A stretch of DNA of 64,000 bases from Bacteroidota bacterium (GTDB lineage: Bacteria > Bacteroidota > Ignavibacteria > Palsa-1295): contig JAJPIO010000009.1 of assembly GCA_021324735.1 (NCBI GenBank), forward strand, positions 659,341-723,340. Reading direction: 5' to 3'. Below, in pieces: positions 16,625-26,269 of this stretch. The first letter of the stretch is position 1; each line of letters starts with the position of its first letter. The notes beneath the pieces are model-generated. The model worked only from the letters and a program-made list of their open reading frames with translations, was not told the origin of the DNA and made no database searches. Both the position numbers and the translations under genes were made by a program.

Positions 16625-18190
16625 TTAAAAGGGGATATCGGTTTCCGGCGAAAGCGGATCCGAAAGAGACGCCGTGTCCGGCGTCTGAGATTTGATCAGA
16701 GTGTTCAGCGCATTGAATTCCTGTTCGCTGCGAAGCGTCGGGAATTCCAGCTCATATTGCTTGCGACGGGCTGGCTCCAATCGGAAGGAGATAAGCAATT
16801 CAACGGCAGCTTCGAGCAGGTTCTCTTCCCGGAACAGAAGGCGTGCACGTGCATAGTGCGGCTCCGACCATGCCGGCTCCAGAGAGATCGCAGTTTCGTA
16901 AGCTTCTAAAGCATCCTTAAGGCGCTTGAGCTCATACAGCGTCTCGGCATAATCGAACCATGCCTCGAAATCATCTGGCGCAAGTTCAAGCACCATACGG
17001 TATGCGATGATCGCTTCCTCGTGGCGCCCGAGATTAAAGAGGGCATCCGCCTTGGCATACCACAGCTCTGAATACTTGCTGTTGATAGCAAGCGCGGCAT
17101 TGTAGTCCTCCAAAGCGTTCGCATGTTGGTCGAGGGCATCGTAGCATGAGCCGCGGCCAAATAAACTTTCGGTATGCTTCGGGTCGAATTTCAAGGCCTG
17201 TGAGAAACAGCGGATCGCCTCGCGCCAACGCCGTAACTCTTCGTACGCATTGGCGAGATTATGCCATGCGCTAACATCTTCCGCGTCGTACTTCAAGCAT
17301 TCCTTGAAGGACTCGACCGCCTCTGTCAGCTTGCCCAAGTTCGCATACGCGTTACCGCGGTTGTACCAGGCAGCACCAAAATCTTCCTTAATAGCAAGCG
17401 CTAACTCATAACTCTCGATCGCCTTATTGTACATCCCCATTTGCGTCTGTATAATACCCCGATTATACCAGGCGCTGAAATTATAGGGATCGAGATCGAG
17501 GTGGGCTTCATAAGAAGCGAGAGCATTTTCTAAGTCGCCCGTTGAATCGTAACAGAACCCAAGCTCATAGAGTGAATCTTTAGCAAATTCCTTTATGTCC
17601 TTGAGATACCTAAAGATAGCTATGGCGTCCTCGTAGCGTTCTGCTTTCTCGAAGCAGATTCCTTTGTTGAAGAGCGCTTCCTCGTTCGAGGGATTTGTGG
17701 ATAACGTGCGATCGAAGATCTCAAGCGCTTCTTTTGTCCGACCGACCCCATCGAGTGCTACACCATAGTTGATAAGTAGTTCGTCGTCAGTAGGGTTAAG
17801 AGCCAACGCACGTTCGTACGAAGCGATCGCCTTTTCGAACTCCCCGTGATGTGCTTCGAGCATACCGCGGCGATGCCAGCCATCACCATTGAATGGCGCG
17901 CGTTCGGTTAAAAGCAGAGCAAAGTCGAGCGCTTCCTCGAATTTCTCGTTTTCGATACAATAATCGACTAATTCTTCGAGAATATCAGGATGTAAAAAAC
18001 GACGTTCCGAGGGCTCCGCGCTTTCGCTTCCGGCATCGTTCGAAGAAAGCTTCCGGCGTTTCTCTTCACGATAACGCCTTAGTTCTTCCTCGAAGTATTT
18101 CCGGCGCTTTTCGCGCTGGGCCTTGGAGGTCTCGTCGTTTTCATCTTCCCCTTCAAAATCGAAGGGATCGAAATCTTCAAATACGCTCAT
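16625..18190 (-). CDS. Tetratricopeptide-repeat protein
   Basis: 521 aa. An acidic/basic N-terminus is followed by more than 10 consecutive TPR units (..AIASYERALALNPTDDE.., ..AIESYELALAIKEDFGAAWYNRGNAYANLGK..). Confidence 0.85.
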   Translation of the reverse strand: MSVFEDFDPFDFEGEDENDETSKAQREKRRKYFEEELRRYREEKRRKLSSNDAGSESAEPSERRFLHPDILEELVDYCIENEKFEEALDFALLLTERAPFNGDGWHRRGMLEAHHGEFEKAIASYERALALNPTDDELLINYGVALDGVGRTKEALEIFDRTLSTNPSNEEALFNKGICFEKAERYEDAIAIFRYLKDIKEFAKDSLYELGFCYDSTGDLENALASYEAHLDLDPYNFSAWYNRGIIQTQMGMYNKAIESYELALAIKEDFGAAWYNRGNAYANLGKLTEAVESFKECLKYDAEDVSAWHNLANAYEELRRWREAIRCFSQALKFDPKHTESLFGRGSCYDALDQHANALEDYNAALAINSKYSELWYAKADALFNLGRHEEAIIAYRMVLELAPDDFEAWFDYAETLYELKRLKDALEAYETAISLEPAWSEPHYARARLLFREENLLEAAVELLISFRLEPARRKQYELEFPTLRSEQEFNALNTLIKSQTPDTASLSDPLSPETDIPF

Positions 18191-18731
18191 AGGGGTCTTT
18201 CTGACCGCAGGTGACTATCTGTAGTAGTCCCTCGCAAAATTAACACCTGCCTACAGCAGAATGCTTCCTCACTACTATTATAACATGCGAATCCTGAAAA
18301 GTCAAGTAAAAAGTGGGGGAATGTGGAAAAATTAATAGTTCTTTCTTTTAGGTCAAAATTGTGGCAAGGATCGCTTGTTTTGTTCACATTCACTTTTAAA
18401 AAATATTTATCGTATCGTCTCTTAATAGTGATGCTGGAGATATAGGTTATAATTTATCGAAAACGCTTGTTACGACGAGCATTTCATTACAAAAATTGGT
18501 GAACTTATCTCACTCGGACGGCATTAGCCGTATCGAATTCATGCTACCTTTGGGTTTGTGTGTTTCGTGGACAGTAGAAGTTTCTGCATCTGGTTCGGTC
18601 ATTTTTGGAGCGTCGCTTGTCTCGATGAGCGATCGTCCGTCTCTGAATCTCACGTGCTCTATCGCTCTTACCTCCCGTTTCAGCATCTCGAAGTGTAACG
18701 TTCCGTTTTCATTCTTTTAGTTTTCTAATAC

Positions 18732-19100
18732 ATGAGGATCTACGTTGGGGGACTTCCGTACCAGACGGACGAGAGTCAGCTTACCCAAATTTTTTCGAGC
18801 TATGGCGAAGTCGCGAGCGCTAAAATCATTACCGACCGCGATACCGGCCGCAGCAAAGGCTTCGGATTCGTTGAAATGAACGATAACGATGCAGCCAAAA
18901 AAGCGATCGACGAATTGAACCAGGCGGAGCTTGGTGGTCGTACGCTTACGGTGAACGAAGCGCGCCCGATGGAGCAGCGCGATGGTCGTGGCGGTGGCGG
19001 CGGCGGTCGTGGCTTCGGTGGCGGCGGTGGCCGTGGTTTCGGCGGCGGCGGTGGCCGTGGCGGCGATCGCGGTGGCGATCGTGGCGGAAAGCGCTGGTAA
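18732..19100 (+). CDS. RRM-type RNA-binding protein with Gly/Arg-rich tail
   Basis: 122 aa. RNP2 is IYVGGLPY and RNP1 is KGFGFVEM. The C-terminus has GGGGRGFGGGGGRG repeats. Confidence 0.92.
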   Translation: MRIYVGGLPYQTDESQLTQIFSSYGEVASAKIITDRDTGRSKGFGFVEMNDNDAAKKAIDELNQAELGGRTLTVNEARPMEQRDGRGGGGGGRGFGGGGGRGFGGGGGRGGDRGGDRGGKRW

Positions 19101-19115
19101 TATTTCAGCAGAGGT

Positions 19116-19180
19116 GAGGGCTGAAGAACGAGGAATGAAGAGATTGCTTCATTTTTCGTCCGTCAGCCCTCTCTCATTTT
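19116..19180 (+). terminator. Probable terminator/compound hairpin after the RRM gene
   Basis: gagggctga (19116-19124) pairs with tcagccctc (19163-19171). It encloses an inner hairpin aatgaag/cttcatt and is followed by tctcatttt. Confidence 0.5.
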
Positions 19181-19200
19181 AAAGACATTCTAAGATTATC

Positions 19201-19569
19201 ATGATCAAAGATGTAATGTCCGTGTGTATCTACGTCGATGACTTTTCCAAAGCCTTCGATTTTTACGCGCATGTTCTGGGCCTCGAAAAATCGCAGGATG
19301 CGGGAGAGAATGCCTGCTTCTTCCGATTGAACGATAATCCCATGGCTATCTACCTCGAAGGAGGGCATGAAAAGAAGACCCAGGACCCCAAGGCGACCGG
19401 GTTAGCCTTTATGATGGTCGTGGAAGATGCGAAGGGTGCATATCAGTCCCTGAAAGAGGAAGCCGTCCACTTTGTCCACGACGCACCGCAGGATATGGGC
19501 GAAGGTAATTACTGGTTTCGCTTTTACGATCCGGCAGGGAATATCCTGGAAATTGTTTCGGCGGCGTAG
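19201..19569 (+). CDS. VOC (glyoxalase/bleomycin-resistance/dioxygenase) family protein
   Basis: 122 aa. It has the typical VOC pattern (V.DF.KAFDFY..VLGLE...; FYDPAGNILEI). Confidence 0.8.
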   Translation: MIKDVMSVCIYVDDFSKAFDFYAHVLGLEKSQDAGENACFFRLNDNPMAIYLEGGHEKKTQDPKATGLAFMMVVEDAKGAYQSLKEEAVHFVHDAPQDMGEGNYWFRFYDPAGNILEIVSAA

Positions 19570-19619
19570 TGCTTTAAAGCTACAGGCCACTTCCAATTTA
19601 ACGTGTCTTCGGAGGAACA

Positions 19620-20549
19620 ATGAGACGGTTCTTCATCACAGTGCTTCTCGTCTTCACGTCACTGTATGCGAATGCACAGGGACGAACGGGCAAAATTTTC
19701 ATTCTTGGAGATACATCGGCCAACAAGTATTACACCCAGACTTTTGGGACTTTCTATGGTAATGTGATCGAATCTGGTTCAATTTTGCCAGCGGCCATTT
19801 CCAATTACGACGCGATATTATTATTCACTTCACGTTCTGCCGCGGATACGCTCTCGTATGGCGATCAACTACGAACGATCGATTACTTGAAGAACGGAGG
19901 GCGTGTGTATGTTCAAGGATTTCCACTACTTCACGGAGACCCTGGAGCATCGATCGACACGCTATGGCATTTCCTCGGTGATGAAAGCGAATTTTGTGAA
20001 GCTATCGAAGTATGGTGGGATGCTTATTCGGGTATCGACTCTGAATTTACGAAGGGGATTACACTCACCTGGACTCATAGCGATCCGCTTCAGTTTGATG
20101 GAGAGCCATGTGGAATGGGTGGCAATCTTATACCGGTGTTTCTCGAGCATGAAGGCAACGACAACATCGATGACGCCGTCGCTTGGAGATCGTTCGATCC
20201 TACGATCAAAGCTGTATTAGGGATGCACGATCTTCCAAACATTTTCTATGATCGCCTTCTCTGCGGTTACTTCGGCCTTTGCACCGACATTGTTAAAGAA
20301 AGTAATCTCAGGGAAACTCCAACACTACGGCTTGTAACTACTGGGACGCAGACGACAATAAGCACAAGCATGCAAGCTGGTACGTTGGATGTTTTCAACT
20401 CTCTCGGGGTATCAGTCCTATGCGTCCCTACGGTCCAAGGAGGCACGAACGTACGCATCCCATCCACTTTGCCGGCTGGTGCTTACTTCGCGGTTCTCCG
20501 AATAGCTTCCGGCACAGCGTGCCAGCGATTCATCCAACTCCCGAAATGA
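19620..20549 (+). CDS. Secreted hypothetical protein with T9SS C-terminal sorting domain
   Basis: 309 aa. Signal peptide (VLLVFTSLYANAQ). The C-terminus LDVFNSLGVSVL...LPAGAYFAVLRIASGTACQRFIQL is Por-tail-like. The N-terminal domain is of unknown family. Confidence 0.6.
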   Translation: MRRFFITVLLVFTSLYANAQGRTGKIFILGDTSANKYYTQTFGTFYGNVIESGSILPAAISNYDAILLFTSRSAADTLSYGDQLRTIDYLKNGGRVYVQGFPLLHGDPGASIDTLWHFLGDESEFCEAIEVWWDAYSGIDSEFTKGITLTWTHSDPLQFDGEPCGMGGNLIPVFLEHEGNDNIDDAVAWRSFDPTIKAVLGMHDLPNIFYDRLLCGYFGLCTDIVKESNLRETPTLRLVTTGTQTTISTSMQAGTLDVFNSLGVSVLCVPTVQGGTNVRIPSTLPAGAYFAVLRIASGTACQRFIQLPK

Positions 20550-20576
20550 TTCGAACGACAACGTGCGTTTGAATCA

Positions 20577-21473
20577 ATGATGAAACGATCCTTACTTCTT
20601 TTCTTCGTAGCTGCATCTCTTCTTACAGCTTTTGTCGCTTCGGGCTGCCGGGATATCGGTTTTCGCGAACTCGACGTTTCGGCGAAGAACCGAGCATCCG
20701 TTCAACAGGCGCGCGAAGTCATGGCACAGCTTCAACAGGGGCTTCGAGCGTTCTACGAAGCAAAGCACCGCTACCCTGAGACGAACGAATCACATCTCTA
20801 TGATTCGATTCGAGTGTTCCTGCCGGTCCAGCTCGATCCGATCAACCTCTATCGCAATGATAATGGCAAAGGATATTTTATTGCGGTAGGCACTCGCTCG
20901 GAGCGTATCATATATCGGTATCCACCGACGATCGGTGTGGGCGATTACACGTTGTATTGGATAGGCCCGAACGGAGTCGATGAAGAAGGCGAGGGCGATG
21001 ATGTGGACGCCTGGCAGCCTGTCGATACGGAAAAGCATTACGAGCGTCAGCGAACGGCCGATCTTGAAGGTGATCGCGATCCCGAACGGCTGCGACTTAT
21101 TCGCACGGGTCCCGATATTTATCGGGATTCCGTTCGATTCGAAGTTACTCGGCGCGATACCATTTTTTATTCGGATGCGTGGCCTTTATCCGCTTACTTT
21201 AAGAATCGTCCAGAGTTAACCGATGCTGATCGCAGGCGAATGGTCCGCACGGAGCTCGACCGTTTCTTATCGCCCGGCGCCTTCGTTCATACTGACTCGC
21301 TGCTCTATCATGACTGGTTGCATTGGGTCGATATACCCCCTAAATCGGCAGAGATGGCAGAGATTGTGCATACCGGCGAACTCATGTTTAATTATTATGC
21401 CGGAGATCGTGGCTCCAAAGGGCTTGCATGGCTGCCGACACAAAAGCGGTTTGCGATCGTATGGCATAGCTAA
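20577..21473 (+). CDS. Hypothetical lipoprotein with pseudopilin (GspG)-like N-terminal domain
   Basis: 298 aa with lipobox LLTAFVASGC. SVQQAREVMAQLQQGLRAFYEAKHRYPET...DPINLYRNDNGKGYFIAVG...YTLYWIGPNGVDEEGEGDDVDAW resembles the T2SS-G globular domain pattern (A...l..l..AL..Y....g.YP.....DPWG..Y.Y......y.l.S.G.DG..G..DDI..W). This is inference only. Confidence 0.5.
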   Translation: MMKRSLLLFFVAASLLTAFVASGCRDIGFRELDVSAKNRASVQQAREVMAQLQQGLRAFYEAKHRYPETNESHLYDSIRVFLPVQLDPINLYRNDNGKGYFIAVGTRSERIIYRYPPTIGVGDYTLYWIGPNGVDEEGEGDDVDAWQPVDTEKHYERQRTADLEGDRDPERLRLIRTGPDIYRDSVRFEVTRRDTIFYSDAWPLSAYFKNRPELTDADRRRMVRTELDRFLSPGAFVHTDSLLYHDWLHWVDIPPKSAEMAEIVHTGELMFNYYAGDRGSKGLAWLPTQKRFAIVWHS

Positions 21474-21520
21474 GAGAAATTATGCAGTCTGAATTATGAG
21501 TATGAAAATTGGGGAGAAGC

Positions 21521-22195
21521 ATGGTCCGTAGAATTCTGATCGTTTCATACTTATTACTTCATACTTCTTACGTCGCATTCGCACAACATCCAGCACCCAA
21601 GCCAGGCCCTCAGCCCAGCCCGGGAGCCGGTATTGCGGTCGATTCACTCCATCTTGTCGAAAAAAGTACCGATTCACTGCTCAAACTCGATTCTATAGAT
21701 CGAGCATTGCGGCTGGCAGAGGAACGGCGGTTCGAACGCACGCATCAACTCGCGACACAACGTGAGATAGATCTCACGAACGATGGTAAGCCGGAAGTGC
21801 TTCGGATATCCGGCTATGTGACGAAAAAGATCGATGATACCAAGCTGACGTTTACGATCAAGTCTGGCAAAAAGGTATTATTTGAGGATTCATGGCTGGC
21901 GAAAGGGTACTTCGATACGATCGATCATTTGCCCGATTCGATCAAACTGAAACGACTTCGTACCATCGTAACTGTTTTTTTTGCCAACGAAAATTTTGCG
22001 GTGGTCGACTCGGACGATTTTCGTGACATCATGAAGCGTGTCGATGTCGATGAGCTACAGCCGAATTCTCGGGAAACCACCGAGCTCTTTCACGAACCCC
22101 GCGTGATGTTCAGTGTATTTCACAGTCGCGATTACTGGTACGGACTTTTGTGGGATCCGAAAAAAAATCGGTTCGTCAAGGCTTGGAAAAACTAA
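21521..22195 (+). CDS. Secreted hypothetical protein sharing its C-terminal domain with the preceding gene
   Basis: ORF 21509..22195; the ATG at 21521 gives MVRRILIVSYLLLHTSYVAFAQ. The C-terminus RVMFSVFHSRDYWYGLLWDPKKNRFVKAW aligns with ELMFNYYAGDRGSKGLAWLPTQKRFAIVW of the 20577 gene. Confidence 0.6.
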   Translation: MVRRILIVSYLLLHTSYVAFAQHPAPKPGPQPSPGAGIAVDSLHLVEKSTDSLLKLDSIDRALRLAEERRFERTHQLATQREIDLTNDGKPEVLRISGYVTKKIDDTKLTFTIKSGKKVLFEDSWLAKGYFDTIDHLPDSIKLKRLRTIVTVFFANENFAVVDSDDFRDIMKRVDVDELQPNSRETTELFHEPRVMFSVFHSRDYWYGLLWDPKKNRFVKAWKN

Positions 22196-22200
22196 AAAAA

Positions 22201-22275
22201 TCCAGGACCAGGATTTTCGGGATTGCAATGGATTCTCTTGATTGAACTTCAGGATTTACAGCGATTGATTCGCTT
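22201..22275. repeat. Third copy of the phased-GATT intergenic element
   Basis: tccaggaccaggattttcgggattgcaatggattctcttgattgaacttcaggatttacagcgattgattc has the same ccaggaccaggatt head as 1697/1804. GATT occurs at offsets 12, 21, 31, 40, 53, 63 and 67. Confidence 0.7.
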
Positions 22276-22341
22276 CTTTTGCACCGAAGCGGAAGAGGCA
22301 GGATAAGAAGTTAGGGATGAGATAAAAGAGTAGGCAGCACG

Positions 22342-23001
22342 TTGACCAAGAAGGATAAGAGATTTACTCGCCAGTTCTATTTGCAGAGGAGTCCCGTATT
22401 GGCTCCGAAGCTGCTCGGCGCTTATTTGCATCGAGTGGTCGATGGGGAGGAGTTGGTCGGCAAGATCGTGGAAACGGAGGCTTATGCTATCGGCGATGAA
22501 GCGTGTCATGCCTTTCGCGGCGAGACCCCTCGCAATGCTGTTATGTTTCGTGAAGGTGGCTTTTCGTATATCTATTTCACATACGGAATGCACTATTGTT
22601 TCAATGTCACTACCAACGAACCCGGTATGGCGGAGGCGGTGCTGATCCGTGCCCTCGAGCCGGTACAAGGGATCGAGCGAATGCGCGAACTTCGTCCCAG
22701 AGCAGAACGCGATCGTGACCTGACCAATGGTCCTGGCAAGCTTTGCCAGGCATTTGCCTTAACGCGCGAAGAAAATGCCATTGATCTTATTGAGAGCGAT
22801 ACACTGTTCATTACACAAGGCGAACCGGTCCCTTCGAATCTAATTGGCGTCTCCAGGCGTATAGGTATTAACGTCGCCCAGGAATATCCCTGGAGATTTT
22901 TTGTCAAGAACAATGAGTATGTCTCTCGCACGAAACCATCGGAGCCTGGCAAATTCACGAGCAAGTATGCTAAAAAGCATCGCTCTGTTCCTGGTCGTTA
23001 A
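22342..23001 (+). CDS. mpg: DNA-3-methyladenine glycosylase (Mpg/AAG family)
   Basis: 219 aa with a TTG start. LAPKLLGAYL...GKIVETEAYAIGDEACHAFRGETPRNAVMF..GGFSYIYFTYGMHYCFNV...AVLIRALEP is the canonical Mpg core. Confidence 0.88.
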   Translation: MTKKDKRFTRQFYLQRSPVLAPKLLGAYLHRVVDGEELVGKIVETEAYAIGDEACHAFRGETPRNAVMFREGGFSYIYFTYGMHYCFNVTTNEPGMAEAVLIRALEPVQGIERMRELRPRAERDRDLTNGPGKLCQAFALTREENAIDLIESDTLFITQGEPVPSNLIGVSRRIGINVAQEYPWRFFVKNNEYVSRTKPSEPGKFTSKYAKKHRSVPGR

Positions 23002-24097
23002 TCTTATTTTGTCGTCCTGCGGTAAAGCAACCACAGTGGATAGTGTCTCCAAATTTCCACCGGAGCGAGCTGAACTCGCTAAGCAAATTGAAGATGTTGG
23101 CAGTCAGCATATTCACATGCCGCCCCTGCCGATCAATTACTCTCCGGATCGCTACCTCAATGTTCTGCCACAATCGTTACGCGATTCGCTGAAAGGCAAA
23201 GTGGTATTACTCGATATTTGGGATTACACCTGCATCAACTGCATTCAAACCCTGCCTTATATTAAGGCGTGGAACGATCGGTATAAAGATAAAGGACTGG
23301 TCGTCGTTGGTGTACACTCACCCGAATTTGAATTCGAGAAGGAGCCGAAAAATCTGGATAGTGCTGTCCGCCAATTCGGACTTAACTATCCGATCGTTGC
23401 CGACAATGATTATGAGATCTGGAATTCGTTAGCAAATCAATACTGGCCTGCGAAATATCTTTTCGATAAAAATGGCATTCTTCGCGCTGAGCACTTTGGA
23501 GAAGGGGAGTATCAGGAGTTTGAAGCATTCCTTCAAAAGATATTGCTTGAGCGCGATAGCGCTATAGAACTGCCAGAGCTGTTTGCACCGGTACGCGAAA
23601 CAGATAAGCCAGGAGCAGTTTGCTACCGTCCCACACCCGAGACATATGCCGGCTACGGGCGCAATCATTTAGGTAATGAAGTAAAAAACGCAAACGATGT
23701 CGCACACGAGTACAAGGTGCCACATGAATTGAAGAAGGATCTGCTCTATCTCGATGGCAATTGGACCGTGAAGCATGAATACGTTCATCCTGCGGGCAAT
23801 AGCGATGCGAGTCTCGTATTCGATTATCAGGCGAAGGAAGCGAATTTAGTCATTCATCCGCTGGATGAGACCGGGTTTAAGGTAATGGTGACACAAGATG
23901 GAAAGGCGGTACCCAAAGCCGATCGCGGCGCCGATATTCAGGAGGCTGATGGCAAGACCTTTCTTGTCGTTCGTGATGCACGAATGTATCGCATCACCAA
24001 TAATCATGACTTTGGTCGCCATACGTTGCGGCTTACCGCTTCGACTCCAAGCTTCGGTGCGTATGCGTTTACGTTTACAACAGCATGTAAGCATTGA
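22967..24097 (+). CDS. Thioredoxin-fold (redoxin/DipZ C-terminal-like) lipoprotein
   Basis: ORF 22901..24097; the ATG at 22967 gives MLKSIALFLVVNLILSSCGK (lipobox). It has LLDIWDYTCINCIQTLPYIKAW (CxxC), VVGVHSPEFEFEK and YWPAKYLFDKNG, followed by a C-terminal beta-sandwich-like region. It overlaps the mpg 3' end by 35 nt. Confidence 0.75.
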   Translation: MLKSIALFLVVNLILSSCGKATTVDSVSKFPPERAELAKQIEDVGSQHIHMPPLPINYSPDRYLNVLPQSLRDSLKGKVVLLDIWDYTCINCIQTLPYIKAWNDRYKDKGLVVVGVHSPEFEFEKEPKNLDSAVRQFGLNYPIVADNDYEIWNSLANQYWPAKYLFDKNGILRAEHFGEGEYQEFEAFLQKILLERDSAIELPELFAPVRETDKPGAVCYRPTPETYAGYGRNHLGNEVKNANDVAHEYKVPHELKKDLLYLDGNWTVKHEYVHPAGNSDASLVFDYQAKEANLVIHPLDETGFKVMVTQDGKAVPKADRGADIQEADGKTFLVVRDARMYRITNNHDFGRHTLRLTASTPSFGAYAFTFTTACKH

Positions 24098-24406
24098 TCG
24101 AACGGTGGGGCAGGCAGTGTTTCCTTGCTTTCCCTCGAAACGCTTTTGTTTCGAAACTGTTATACGACGCAAGGTCATAAAGGAGGACTTTCTGACCCGG
24201 AACCCTTGCATTCAGCCCGCACGCGAAGTGCTCGCTTTTTTTGAGTCGCTTTCGTGCGCAGAACCATCGCCCCGTTGGTAGCTGAGTGTTGTTCTTCGGA
24301 CATTCAGTCATGTTAACACATGCCACAAACGCTGCTTCTGGGATATGGCCCAAATCCGGCTTGTGCTTCGCACGCGCACGGAACCTTGGGTGACCGGTTA
24401 CGACGA

Positions 24407-26251
24407 ATGCTTCAAACAAAATCTACTCGCTGCCTCACTTCTCTTCGAATTCTTCTTTTTGCTGTTCTTCCGGTTGCGCTTGCGTTTCAACGTGTAGCGG
24501 CTCAGACCGATACGAATAGCAGCAAAGTGCTTGTCGCGGCAAAAGACGATATTCGTATCGAGAACCTTAAAGAGTTAAATTCACGTGGTGATGATGCAAC
24601 ATCCTTCATCTCTCCGGTGGATGGCTCGCTATATTTCACCAGTTCGCGCGAGAACGGGAAGAACATTCTATACGTAGCGAAGCGGCTTCCCGCGAGCGAT
24701 CGTAACGATCATAGCTCACATTGGGGAACCCCGGAAAAATTCTGCGAGCTTCCCGAAAAACAAAATATTAGCTCGCTTTCCGTTGCCGGCGATGGTGTCA
24801 CTGCGGTCGTAGGTGTATGTAACCGGCACGATGCTATTCTACAATCGTGCGATATCTATCAGGCAGAACTATCCGATGGCAAGCTCGATCACTTTACGCC
24901 GCTCGGCAAACCGATCAATACTGAGTGGTGGGAAGGCCAGCCGAGTATTAGCCAGGACGGTCAGTTGCTTTTTTTCGCGAGCGATCGCAAAGGTGGTCAC
25001 GGCGGTATCGATATCTATATGTGTACGCGCTCTGCGGAAGGAACGTGGAGTGAGCCGGTCAATTTGAGTTTTAATACCAGCGGCAATGAAGTTTCGCCCT
25101 TCATTTCACGCGACAACCAGACGCTCTATTTCGCGGCCAATCACATGCCGGGCGGTATGGGTGGCTACGATATTTATGTAACGCGCCGGACCGGTGAAAA
25201 TCAGTGGACCGAACCCAAGAACCTCGGTCCTTCGGTGAATTCAAAAGGAGATGAGCTCTTTTTTTATCTGCCACCGAACGAGGATGCGGTCTATTTTTCG
25301 AGCGATCGTGAAGGCGGCCAGGGTTATTTCGATCTGTATCGTGCCTACGTTCAGCCGCAGCCACCAAAGCCAAAGTATGTGACGCTTACCGGTCGTATCC
25401 TCGATGCCGAAACGAACCAGCCTATTACCTCGAAGCCAGAGATCAATATTACATTCTCGAATAATAATCAGGCGATCACAAACGAGGCCTCGGGTACATC
25501 ATATAGCGTGAAAGTGCTGGCGGGAAGCCTCGTGCATGTTGCAGTCGGTGCAGAGAATTATGTTTCGAACGCGATCGAGATCCAGGCGCCGCCGAATGAC
25601 GATCAACCGGTCGTTACTCAGGATATTTCGCTAACGCCATCACATGCACGCGTCTATGGGCACGTTACGAATTCCTATTCTGGTGCTCCATTAAAAGCGA
25701 CGGTTACGTTAGAGCAATTGGCCGGTGGCCTACCCCCTGTAAAAACGGAGACCGATCCCACGACGGGAGCATACTCGTTTAACGTCAATCCGCTTATTAC
25801 TTATAAGATCTCGACTACCGTACAGGATTTCGAGCCCTACGAAGACCGCATCGATGTGCCGGCCGCGCGCGAGAAATTGCTTTCGATCCAGAAGGAAATT
25901 CGCTTGACGCCGGTCGCCGTGCAAGGCTTTGTGGTCTATTTCGATGTCGATAAATATGACATCAAATCGGAAGAGCTTAACAAATTTCCCGACTTTATCC
26001 GTCAGGTGAAAGCAAATCCGAGAGTACGTTTCGAGATCAACGGTCACACCGATTCGACCGGATCGATCGAGTATAACATAAAGCTTTCAGAACGCCGCGC
26101 TAAGTCTGTAGAAGACTATCTATTAGGTCAGGGTGTGCCTCGCGAACAAATTGCTATCGTTCAAGGATTCGGTAAATCCCATCCGCTCGATCCGAACGAT
26201 CTTGCCAAGAACCGTCGTGTGGAAGTACGTATTGTTGGACGTAAAGACTAA
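24407..26251 (+). CDS. OmpA-family protein with PD40/TolB-like beta-propeller and carboxypeptidase-regulatory-like domains (PorE-like architecture)
   Basis: ORF 24320..26251; the ATG at 24407 gives a signal peptide (LLFAVLPVALAFQRVAAQ). Five PD40-like units are present (SFISPVDGSLYFTSSR; PSISQDGQLLFFASDRKGGHGGIDIYM; SPFISRDNQTLYFAANHMPGGMGGYDIYV; AVYFSSDREGGQGYFDLY). These are followed by LTGRILDAETNQPI and VYGHVTNSYSGAPL (CRD-like), then NGHTDSTGSIEYNIKLSERRAKSVEDYL...NRRVEVRIV (OmpA_C). Confidence 0.8.
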   Translation: MLQTKSTRCLTSLRILLFAVLPVALAFQRVAAQTDTNSSKVLVAAKDDIRIENLKELNSRGDDATSFISPVDGSLYFTSSRENGKNILYVAKRLPASDRNDHSSHWGTPEKFCELPEKQNISSLSVAGDGVTAVVGVCNRHDAILQSCDIYQAELSDGKLDHFTPLGKPINTEWWEGQPSISQDGQLLFFASDRKGGHGGIDIYMCTRSAEGTWSEPVNLSFNTSGNEVSPFISRDNQTLYFAANHMPGGMGGYDIYVTRRTGENQWTEPKNLGPSVNSKGDELFFYLPPNEDAVYFSSDREGGQGYFDLYRAYVQPQPPKPKYVTLTGRILDAETNQPITSKPEINITFSNNNQAITNEASGTSYSVKVLAGSLVHVAVGAENYVSNAIEIQAPPNDDQPVVTQDISLTPSHARVYGHVTNSYSGAPLKATVTLEQLAGGLPPVKTETDPTTGAYSFNVNPLITYKISTTVQDFEPYEDRIDVPAAREKLLSIQKEIRLTPVAVQGFVVYFDVDKYDIKSEELNKFPDFIRQVKANPRVRFEINGHTDSTGSIEYNIKLSERRAKSVEDYLLGQGVPREQIAIVQGFGKSHPLDPNDLAKNRRVEVRIVGRKD

Positions 26252-26269
26252 GCAGCGGAGGACTGAATT

